64,000 nucleotides of DNA. Origin: an uncultured virus (IMG/VR IMGVR_UViG_3300025012_000008) (lineage: Duplodnaviria > Heunggongvirae > Uroviricota > Caudoviricetes). The notes under the pieces were generated by a model. That model worked only from the letters and a program-made list of their open reading frames with translations. It did no database searches and had not been told where the DNA came from. The DNA lies in IMG/VR virus record IMGVR_UViG_3300025012_000008, one strand, 5' to 3'. This document shows, one piece after another, positions 1 through 6,966 of the stretch. Position numbers and translations under genes: made by a program. Within the stretch, counting starts at the first letter, position 1. Each line of letters opens with the position of its first letter.

Positions 1-336
1 AACAGCGGATATTTCTTCAGGAACATCTCTTCCGGCGTTGAATTCTCTTTTTGTTTCTCCTTCGATCAAAACATATTTGTTTACTGTTCCACTTTTTATC
101 CTTTGGACTTCTTCACCCGTATCAAAAAACATCTTTACGTTTGTTTCTCCTTCCCAGAATAGCGGAAGCATGTCTTTTCCTAAAGGGGTATTCGTTCGTG
201 CAAAATTGAAAGCACGAAAAGCTCCTGATTTACCTCTGTCTGATTCTCCGATAAAAACTGTAAGACCCGGCGTGGGAAAATTTAGGATAGTTCTTTTATG
301 AGATTCGTAATTCCTGATTTCGATTTTGGTTATCAT
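1..336 (-). CDS. SbcC/SMC-like (T4 gp46-like) recombination ATPase, N-terminal part; runs off the window edge
   Basis: Not in the ORF track because it is partial. Manual translation from ATG 336 gives MITKIEIRNYESHKRTILNFPTPGLTVFIGESDRGKSGAFRAF, the typical SbcC N-terminus with Walker A GESDRGKS. ATGA overlap with the RuvC-like stop. Confidence 0.85.
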   Translation of the reverse strand, partial: MITKIEIRNYESHKRTILNFPTPGLTVFIGESDRGKSGAFRAFNFARTNTPLGKDMLPLFWEGETNVKMFFDTGEEVQRIKSGTVNKYVLIEGETKREFNAGRDVPEEISAV

Positions 337-863
337 AATTGCTTCCGTCTCGCATATTCAGCAATCAATATTCCATCAGCATCAGGTTTACAAGGAACAT
401 TCGGAAATAACCTTTTCCCGATTGATAGGCTTGCTTTTTTCAATTGATCTGTTCCTTTCAATCCTGACGGAAGCATTACTTTTTGCCATTCTTTGCTGTC
501 GATATATTGTTTTGAAATATCCAACAATTCAAGAACATTTAATGTTGTTTCAAGTGCTCTCGATGCTGAAATTGATGCTTGAAATCTTGTAGGGTTTACC
601 ATCGGCCTTTCAAGAAAAACAGATAATTGATTTTTCTTTATCATAACTTCAAAGAAACATTTCAATTCTCTGAAATCAATACGGGAAATATTTCCTTTTG
701 TTTTGGTATAGTTTTGTTCTGAAAAGATAGGGATTTTTATTTGTCCAAATATGTGGTTTCCGTTTTCATATCCACTCCAGCCGATTGTTCCGGAAACTCC
801 GTTATCTATCCCAATATATATTTTATTTGCAGTAGTAAAGGCAGGGGCTTTTTGTCGTTTCAT
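333..863 (-). CDS. ruvC: RuvC-like Holliday junction resolvase
   Basis: RNase H-fold motifs IYIGIDNGVSG, VFLERP and C-terminal DADGILIA. Confidence 0.8.
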   Translation of the reverse strand: MKRQKAPAFTTANKIYIGIDNGVSGTIGWSGYENGNHIFGQIKIPIFSEQNYTKTKGNISRIDFRELKCFFEVMIKKNQLSVFLERPMVNPTRFQASISASRALETTLNVLELLDISKQYIDSKEWQKVMLPSGLKGTDQLKKASLSIGKRLFPNVPCKPDADGILIAEYARRKQL

Positions 864-871
864 TATTGTTC

Positions 872-1171
872 CTAGAGATAAATTATATCAATCCCAACTT
901 TTGTATTTACCATAACTGGGGTTTCAATATATTTGGAAAATCTTAAATAGTCAGGATAAAACACTCCAGGTTTTTCTAAATGAATAGGGAGGACCATAAT
1001 CCAACCTTCGCTTGGAGGACAATTGTTATCAAACATAAATTTTAGAATAGGATTGTTCTCAATTGATTCTTTTATTTTTTGAATGGTTTTAATAGAAAAA
1101 TTCTGATTAATTCTTTCGGGAAGATTCAAACAATGTGCAGACGAATTTATCATTAGTATAACCTCATCCAT
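872..1171 (-). CDS. hypothetical protein
   Basis: 99 aa ORF packed within the minus-strand operon. Confidence 0.55.
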   Translation of the reverse strand: MDEVILMINSSAHCLNLPERINQNFSIKTIQKIKESIENNPILKFMFDNNCPPSEGWIMVLPIHLEKPGVFYPDYLRFSKYIETPVMVNTKVGIDIIYL

Positions 1172-1389
1172 GCTATGGCGAAATAGCCAGATTGTTTTAA
1201 AAAAGCGATTTCAGAAATATGAACATTCCCAAGTCTTAATTGTTCCTGTTGAGCATTGAATACTTTCGAATTTGATATTGTAAATCCTCCGCTTTCAAGT
1301 TTTATTAATATTGGGAATTCTTCTTTGTTGTCAGGAAGACGTTTCTCAATAGGTACCCAAAGGGCTTGGAAAAGTTCTTTTTTATTCAT
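1153..1389 (-). CDS. hypothetical protein
   Basis: 78 aa ORF; its start overlaps the upstream stop. Confidence 0.55.
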   Translation of the reverse strand: MNKKELFQALWVPIEKRLPDNKEEFPILIKLESGGFTISNSKVFNAQQEQLRLGNVHISEIAFLKQSGYFAIAWMRLY

Positions 1390-1574
1390 CAGTTGTATCC
1401 GAGGAATTTGTTTATTTTACTTAATGGAACTTTCTTCCCTGATTTCATTTCTGGATCTTTAGAACGAAATGAAAAACATTCTTTTAAGAACAATGAAGTT
1501 TCAGGATAGATTTTGCATCCTTTGTTGTCCTTATTGTTCTTGCAGAGGGGGTAAAGAAATCTATTTTCTTCCAT
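1389..1574 (-). CDS. hypothetical protein
   Basis: 61 aa ORF starting immediately after the RecA-like stop. Confidence 0.5.
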   Translation of the reverse strand: MEENRFLYPLCKNNKDNKGCKIYPETSLFLKECFSFRSKDPEMKSGKKVPLSKINKFLGYN

Positions 1575-1575
1575 G

Positions 1576-2742
1576 TTAATACCTTGATTTTCTGTTTAAT
1601 AAAAGGGAATCTTCAATTTGATTCCAGACTTTTTGAACAACCCTTTTCAATTTTGATTCAAGTCCTAATTCTTCTATCTTTCTTACCAGTTTGTCTTTTC
1701 CATTTTCTCTCAAGTCAAGTTCAGGAGCTTCTATCCAAGAACCGCTTTCCCAATACTTTTCTTTTAGAAGATAATCCACCATCGCCCCATTGTCGTCAAT
1801 CCCCAAGTCATAATAAATTGGGAATACAACTTCACGAAGTTTTCCAGTCACGCTATTTTTTTCAATTTTAGCTTTTGTTTTAACTCCAATTTGTATCCCT
1901 CCTTCTTTTTTGTTTTTAAGCGTTTCAATTTTTGTCAACCAAGGGCGAACATGAGAATAAAAATATGGGGCTTCCCCTCCAGAAATTTTCCATGGAGATT
2001 GTCCTGGCATAGTAGCTCCGGAATTTTGACGAAGTTGCTGTACCATAATGAAAATTGAATTTGTTTCTGCCACCAACTTTTTTGTCATTCTAAGAATTTG
2101 ACCAAGGATTTTGGCTTTTTCCATATGAAAACTTCCTTTTATTTTTATCTTGTCGTCTTCTGTTTTTGCTCTTTCCAAAGCGGTTTTTAATGATTTTTCT
2201 AATTCTTCATCAGTAGTATAAGCGTCCATACTATCTGATATATAGATAAATGGCTTTCCCTTTTTAGATAATATGGTCATTCGACTTTCAAGCTGTTGAA
2301 TTGTATTACTAATTCCTGTGTTTTCATAATTTGATTCTAATTCGCTGTAAAGAATCCCAGATGGGGTTTTTAATCGTTTTACTAAAGGGGGGAACAATTT
2401 GCTCATATTAAAATCACATCTTCTTTCGACATCATCATAATATAAATCGTATTCATCAAAAAATGGATTATTACAAGCTTCTGAAAAACTCGATAAAATC
2501 AAAATAGTCTTTCCTGAAGAACTACCTCCAGGCATTGAAGATATTCTTCCACACGGCCAACCTTTTTTTATATTATCGGTCATGGCTAAATTTACCATCG
2601 AACATCCAGTAGAGAGAAAATGTTGATATTCTTTCTCCGCTTCTCTTCTATTCCTGATTCGTTGTTTCATCTGGTTGACCAGTGGTTGTTCCTGATTCGA
2701 TTCCTGATTGTTGAATTTCGTTCGTTGCCGTCTTTCCACCAT
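1576..2742 (-). CDS. recA: RecA/UvsX-like recombinase
   Basis: STGCSMVNLAM..GWPCGRIS, Walker A GGSSSGKT, DVE, Walker B-like YISDS, QQLR, SGG loop, IYYDLGID. Confidence 0.9.
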   Translation of the reverse strand: MVERRQRTKFNNQESNQEQPLVNQMKQRIRNRREAEKEYQHFLSTGCSMVNLAMTDNIKKGWPCGRISSMPGGSSSGKTILILSSFSEACNNPFFDEYDLYYDDVERRCDFNMSKLFPPLVKRLKTPSGILYSELESNYENTGISNTIQQLESRMTILSKKGKPFIYISDSMDAYTTDEELEKSLKTALERAKTEDDKIKIKGSFHMEKAKILGQILRMTKKLVAETNSIFIMVQQLRQNSGATMPGQSPWKISGGEAPYFYSHVRPWLTKIETLKNKKEGGIQIGVKTKAKIEKNSVTGKLREVVFPIYYDLGIDDNGAMVDYLLKEKYWESGSWIEAPELDLRENGKDKLVRKIEELGLESKLKRVVQKVWNQIEDSLLLNRKSRY

Positions 2743-2920
2743 TGAGATACCTCATAAATTGTTCAGGAAACAGATACCACTTTCCGCCTTCTCCACCTAA
2801 TTGAAAACCGAAATTAAAAGTACAAATCCATCTGATTAAAGTTGGCCTGCTGACTTCAATTCCAATTTTGTTGGCTTCCTCTATTGATTTTGTAAGTGTC
2901 CAAAACTTTTTCGTTTTCAT
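2648..2920 (-). CDS. small helix-turn-helix DNA-binding protein (excisionase/MerR-like); start probably ATG 2920
   Basis: IGIEVSRPTLIRW HTH pattern followed by a GFQLGGEGGKW wing. Confidence 0.55.
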   Translation of the reverse strand: MKTKKFWTLTKSIEEANKIGIEVSRPTLIRWICTFNFGFQLGGEGGKWYLFPEQFMRYLNGGKTATNEIQQSGIESGTTTGQPDETTNQE

Positions 2921-2934
2921 ACATTTCTTTTCCA

Positions 2935-2962
2935 AAAGTCCGGGAACTTAATCCCGGACTTT
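2935..2962 (-). terminator. intrinsic terminator-like hairpin after the SSB gene
   Basis: Perfect inverted repeat AAAGTCCGGGA-N6-TCCCGGACTTT ending in a T run on the minus strand. Confidence 0.7.
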
Positions 2963-2984
2963 ATATTGGAATATTCAAGAGAAT

Positions 2985-4064
2985 TTAAAAAGGTATATCT
3001 TCTCCAGTTGATCTTCTGTTTCTTTTCACAGACTTTTTCGATTCTGCTTCTAATCGATCTTTTTCATCTCGACAATCATCCCATTTGTCACAGGAATCAC
3101 ATTCATCTTCAGTATCGTTGTCTTTCCCGAAGATGAATCCTGAGGGACATTCATTGTCGTCTTCTTTTTGCTTTCTGGTTGATGTTTTCTCCTGAGGTTC
3201 ATCCTCAGGTTCATCCTTTTTTGCAGGCTTCCTTGTTTGTTTTTTTGTATTTTTTGGTTTTTCTTCCTCCTCTTCAGGTTTATCTTCGGTTCCGTCTTCC
3301 AACTCAAAGAATTTCTTTTCCATTTCTTCCGGTGTCAAAATTCTCAGGGCAGCATCAAGATCAACCGCTTCTTCCAAAATACTTGCGTCCAAATCATCCC
3401 TTTCTTCAAAGTCGATCCTGGCGATTTCTGCAAACTTCCGGCCTTGAAAAGATCCTTCTGAAAAACGAGCCTTGATTGACAATCCGTTTTCAAAATCTCC
3501 ATAGAATCGATCATCAAAATCAGCAGATTGAACCCTGTCCTCATCATCCAACATAAAGCCGAATTGATGGGGAGAAACTTCATATAGTTGAATCCCTTTA
3601 TCTTCGTCTTCGTGATCGAGAAGATTGAACAGTTGACGCTGTTTCGGTTTTAAACTTTCGGCCAGTTCTTTGTCTTCTCCTTTCTTGATGAGTTTTTCCC
3701 TATATTCACAAATAGGACACTTTTTATAAGGACTCTGAGCTGTCTTTTTCAAACAGATGAACCGCTTGGTATCGTCTCCAACACCAACAACGTGCTGCCA
3801 GTATGTACATTCATGCCACAATTCATGAGGAGTTTGAAATGGGTGGTTGTCGATTGAAACAACATAAGGGATAATCGAAAAATGATTTTTGCCTTTGTCC
3901 CCTCTGCCCTTTTTGGGCTTGAAAAATTCAATGTCTTGAGGAAGATTCTGAAGTGTATCTAATCCACCTCCACTTCTCTCCCTGGTTTGCGCTGCTTGCC
4001 TGGCTTTGTCCCGGATAGATTGACGATCCTTCTTTCCTGGACGTTCTCTTTCGCGTCTTGTCAT
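2985..4064 (-). CDS. single-stranded DNA-binding protein, gp32-like, with a bacterial-type acidic IPF tail; start re-called at ATG 4064
   Basis: AAAGGA RBS before MTRRERE; H..C...CPIC zinc motif as in gp32-like SSBs; acidic linker; ends in EDIPF; lies between UvsY-like and RecA-like genes. Confidence 0.75.
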   Translation of the reverse strand: MTRRERERPGKKDRQSIRDKARQAAQTRERSGGGLDTLQNLPQDIEFFKPKKGRGDKGKNHFSIIPYVVSIDNHPFQTPHELWHECTYWQHVVGVGDDTKRFICLKKTAQSPYKKCPICEYREKLIKKGEDKELAESLKPKQRQLFNLLDHEDEDKGIQLYEVSPHQFGFMLDDEDRVQSADFDDRFYGDFENGLSIKARFSEGSFQGRKFAEIARIDFEERDDLDASILEEAVDLDAALRILTPEEMEKKFFELEDGTEDKPEEEEEKPKNTKKQTRKPAKKDEPEDEPQEKTSTRKQKEDDNECPSGFIFGKDNDTEDECDSCDKWDDCRDEKDRLEAESKKSVKRNRRSTGEDIPF

Positions 4065-4086
4065 TTTTTTTGTTCCTTTTAGTTGA

Positions 4087-4332
4087 TTAGTTGTATATTT
4101 TTGACCCTGACCATGACCATGACCTTGACCATGACTTTGACCTTGACCATGACCTTGACCATGACTTTGACCATGACCATGACCTTGACCATGACCTTGA
4201 CCCTGACCATGACCTTGACCCTGACCCTGACCATGACCATGACCTTGACCATGACCTTGACCCTGACCATGACCCTGACCCTGACCATGACCATGACTGA
4301 TCAAAACCAGTTCTTAAAATGGCTTGATTCAT
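4087..4332 (-). CDS. Ser-X (X = Trp/Gly/Arg/Lys) dipeptide-repeat small protein
   Basis: ATG overlaps the upstream stop (ATGA 4329-4332); MNQAILRTGFDQ leader followed by about 32 S-X units. Confidence 0.6.
   Translation of the reverse strand: MNQAILRTGFDQSWSWSGSGSWSGSRSWSRSWSWSGSGSRSWSGSRSWSRSWSWSKSWSRSWSRSKSWSRSWSWSGSKIYN
4102..4298. repeat. degenerate hexanucleotide tandem repeat (TGACCA/TGACCC/TGACCT/TGACTT)
   Basis: Directly visible 6-bp periodicity over about 200 bp. Confidence 0.95.
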
Positions 4333-4661
4333 TTCTGACTCCGGGGAGATAATTTAATTTTTACGGCATCAATTATTGATCCTCTACCAATAATAATTTT
4401 ACCATCTGGAAATGGTTCAACTTCGTTAAATTCAGCCCTTTTTACAGCATCAGCAAAGCGACCTGTATCGGCAATCCAAGCGGCATCTTCGAGAACTAAT
4501 TCCTGATTTGTAACCATGACAAGTTTCCCAGTGTCGATCATGGTTACTGTACGGATGAGATATATTTCACCGACTTCCCAAGCAGAATTATTTTCGATAT
4601 TTTCTGAAAATAATTTAGAAAGTTGTTTAATTTCGCCGATTGTTAAATCATCAATTTTCAT
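4329..4661 (-). CDS. small beta-rich phage protein (DUF6948-like, possibly Sm/SH3-like fold)
   Basis: GEIYLIRTVTMIDTGKLV...LVLEDAAWIADTGRF beta-strand pattern; AAAGGA RBS. Confidence 0.6.
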   Translation of the reverse strand: MKIDDLTIGEIKQLSKLFSENIENNSAWEVGEIYLIRTVTMIDTGKLVMVTNQELVLEDAAWIADTGRFADAVKRAEFNEVEPFPDGKIIIGRGSIIDAVKIKLSPRSQK

Positions 4662-4688
4662 TTTTTGTTTCCTTTTGGTTGATGTTTA

Positions 4689-5177
4689 TTATTTTGTTCT
4701 CTTGAGCTTTCCTGCCGCCCTATTCCTCACTTGAGTTTCAGTTCGTTCCCGTTTGTTGTCAAGTTCCTCCCGTATATTCCTTGGTTCAGATGGTCTTGCA
4801 AAATAGTCGGCAAGACACAACTTTGTCAATTGTTCCAACATTGATTTTCGTTGGTTGAAGGCAAATACAGCAGAGTTGGCAATGTTCATTTCATATTCCG
4901 CCTCAATGAATTGCTTCTTTGCCTCAATGTGTTTTGGATGTGTTCTGTAAAATGCTTCAACTTTTTGAGCATTGGAAAGTTCTTTCATTCCTCCTGCGAG
5001 TTGAATTAATTCAGATCTGATTACCTTTACATTTTCATAGGCAATTGCATAATTCCTTTTTGCAATTGCTTCTCTTTTTCCGTATTTGGAAAAGAGGGAA
5101 GCCTGCCGCAAACATTCAATGTCAAGTTCATCTGGATCGATTTCAATATCCTGTAAGTAGTCGTCTTCTTCTTTCAT
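4689..5177 (-). CDS. UvsY-like recombination mediator
   Basis: All-helical 162 aa protein with DIEIDPDELDIE N-terminus and AFNQRKSMLEQL; context with RecA-like and gp32-like genes. Confidence 0.6.
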   Translation of the reverse strand: MKEEDDYLQDIEIDPDELDIECLRQASLFSKYGKREAIAKRNYAIAYENVKVIRSELIQLAGGMKELSNAQKVEAFYRTHPKHIEAKKQFIEAEYEMNIANSAVFAFNQRKSMLEQLTKLCLADYFARPSEPRNIREELDNKRERTETQVRNRAAGKLKRTK

Positions 5178-5188
5178 TTATTCTCCTT

Positions 5189-5425
5189 TTATAGGTTTAT
5201 GTTTTTTATGTATTCCATAATTTTTTCATCAATTTGTTGTTGTAATCTATAATTATAAATTGGGTCAAGAAGAATTAAAAATTTTCCTCTTATTACTCCA
5301 TTTCCGGCAAATAAACTTTCATTTTCACGAAAATTATTTCTTAATTCAGACCACAACCAAGAACATTCTTTATCTGATAATTTTATCGTTATTGATTTGT
5401 TGGTTTGTATTTCAATTATTTCCAT
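5189..5425 (-). CDS. hypothetical protein
   Basis: 78 aa ORF with AAGGAG RBS. Confidence 0.6.
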   Translation of the reverse strand: MEIIEIQTNKSITIKLSDKECSWLWSELRNNFRENESLFAGNGVIRGKFLILLDPIYNYRLQQQIDEKIMEYIKNINL

Positions 5426-5437
5426 TTGCTTCTCCTT

Positions 5438-6370
5438 TCAAAAAGATTGTATTGATTCATAGCAAGCCATCAACAAATCGTCGTTAACATTGTCGTAAAA
5501 AGGTCTGCGGAATGCGTCCATAATGACGTAGGCTTGTGGGTTGTCTTCTTTGAGTAGAATAGTTCTGCAATATGACAAAACGAGTTTTCTAATTCCTTCT
5601 GCTTCTCCTTTTGGAAGTCCTTTTAAAATCTTTGTAATTGTTAGCCATGAAGCTGGTTTCAACAATGCCCGACATAAATCAATTCCTTGAGTTTCGGTTT
5701 CGACGTTTTGTTTTGCCGCTCTTAACATTTGTCTTTCGGGAAGATCGATAATCTTTTCCAGAATTGTAAGCGCTGTCCTTGGCCTTCCCTGACTGTCTTT
5801 TGCTATTTGAGTCAATACCTCTTCCGGTATTTCTTTTTCTTCCGATTTTGATACTTTGTTCAACAGATATACAATTTGCTTTTCAGTCAATGGTTTCAAT
5901 TCATACTGCAAGCAACGGTCTCGAACTGTTTTCAAAAGCCGCTGTGGATCAGTTGTGCAGAGAAAAAAATAAACATAGGAAGGAGGTTCTTCGAGAGCCT
6001 TTAAAATCGCATTTTGAGGCTTGTTTTTCTCACTGTCGCCACCTTCTCCGAGCATGTGGGCCTCATCAATAATCCAACCACGATTACCACCAGATAATCC
6101 TTTGCTTGACATTTTTCTGCGGATGTTTTTAATCTGCTCAATATTTCCGAACTGAGCAGAATCTAATTCAATAAGATTATGGCCGAAACATCTAGCTAGA
6201 TTTGCCGATATTCGTGCGATGGTGGTCTTCCCACAGCCTCTTGGGCCGGTGAAAAGAAAGGCATGATTTGGGTTCTTTTTAGAAAGATTGCCTTTCAGAC
6301 TTTCGACAACTGTCTGATTTCCAATAAAGTCTTCAAAACAATTCGGCCTATAGTCTGTATGAAATGGCAT
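5438..6370 (-). CDS. dnaX: DNA polymerase III gamma/tau-like clamp loader ATPase
   Basis: YRP..FEDFIGN, HAFLFTGPRGCGKTT, IIDEAHML, LKALEEPP, TVRDRC. Confidence 0.93.
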   Translation of the reverse strand: MPFHTDYRPNCFEDFIGNQTVVESLKGNLSKKNPNHAFLFTGPRGCGKTTIARISANLARCFGHNLIELDSAQFGNIEQIKNIRRKMSSKGLSGGNRGWIIDEAHMLGEGGDSEKNKPQNAILKALEEPPSYVYFFLCTTDPQRLLKTVRDRCLQYELKPLTEKQIVYLLNKVSKSEEKEIPEEVLTQIAKDSQGRPRTALTILEKIIDLPERQMLRAAKQNVETETQGIDLCRALLKPASWLTITKILKGLPKGEAEGIRKLVLSYCRTILLKEDNPQAYVIMDAFRRPFYDNVNDDLLMACYESIQSF

Positions 6371-6398
6371 GATTTTTATTTTATTTTATATGTTTTGA

Positions 6399-6448
6399 AA
6401 AAGCCTGCCGTCAAATATAATAAGATTCGATCAGGAACGGCAGACTTT
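6399..6448 (-). terminator. long hairpin with T tract upstream of dnaX
   Basis: Minus strand AAAGTCTGCCGT-N25-ACGGCAGGCTTT followed by TT. Confidence 0.5.
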
Positions 6449-6612
6449 ATAGAGTATCAATGATGTTTTGTTTTTTTTTACGGGGGATCTTTGTTTCTCA
6501 TTTCGGCGCTATGTTGGAGTTGTCAGTTTATCAGTTTAATTCCCCGGCCTTCAACCGTGTAGATTTACATTTTGTTCCCCTTCCGGTTTATGAAAAATTT
6601 TATATACTTTAT

Positions 6613-6891
6613 TTATTTTGAAGTTAATTTTAAAATTTTTCCATTTGAAATCAGCTTTGATACTTTTTTCCGTACCGGTTTTTTAATTGTTGGGTCGCAA
6701 GCTTTCCAATCAATTATAGATATATCTGATTCGGCAATTCCAAGAGCTTCAGATATAGCTAATATTCTTTTGTATGTTGGCATCCTTTCCCCCAACTCGT
6801 AAAGGCATATCTCCGCTTGAGAACATCCAACTTTATGAGCCAACTGTTTCTGATTCATATTTTTTAATTGTCGAAGGTGTTTTAAATGCAT
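6613..6891 (-). CDS. XRE-family helix-turn-helix regulator
   Basis: LKHLRQLKNMNQKQLAHKVGCSQAEICLYELGERMP. Confidence 0.88.
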   Translation of the reverse strand: MHLKHLRQLKNMNQKQLAHKVGCSQAEICLYELGERMPTYKRILAISEALGIAESDISIIDWKACDPTIKKPVRKKVSKLISNGKILKLTSK

Positions 6892-6926
6892 AACATTCTC
6901 CTTTAAAAGTTTTATATATTTATTAT

Positions 6927-6955
6927 ATTATATATACTTTTAGTTTTTCGATTAA
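6927..6955 (-). promoter_or_regulatory. sigma70-type promoter upstream of the XRE gene
   Basis: TTAATC-N17-TATAAT; the -35 context TTAATCGAAA is shared with the promoter at 17069-17097. Confidence 0.55.
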
Positions 6956-6966
6956 GTAAAAAAAAA

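Noticed and set aside
4065..4304. GHGQ-repeat N-terminal extension of SSB, as given in the ORF track
   Set aside because: SSB has its own RBS and ATG at 4064. The 4304 start is a TTG with no RBS, and the S-X frame is the one coupled to the upstream gene. Not fully excluded.
6565..6590. ATG-TAA minigene after a GGAAGGGG purine tract on the minus strand
   Set aside because: Single occurrence with a non-canonical SD; easily due to chance.
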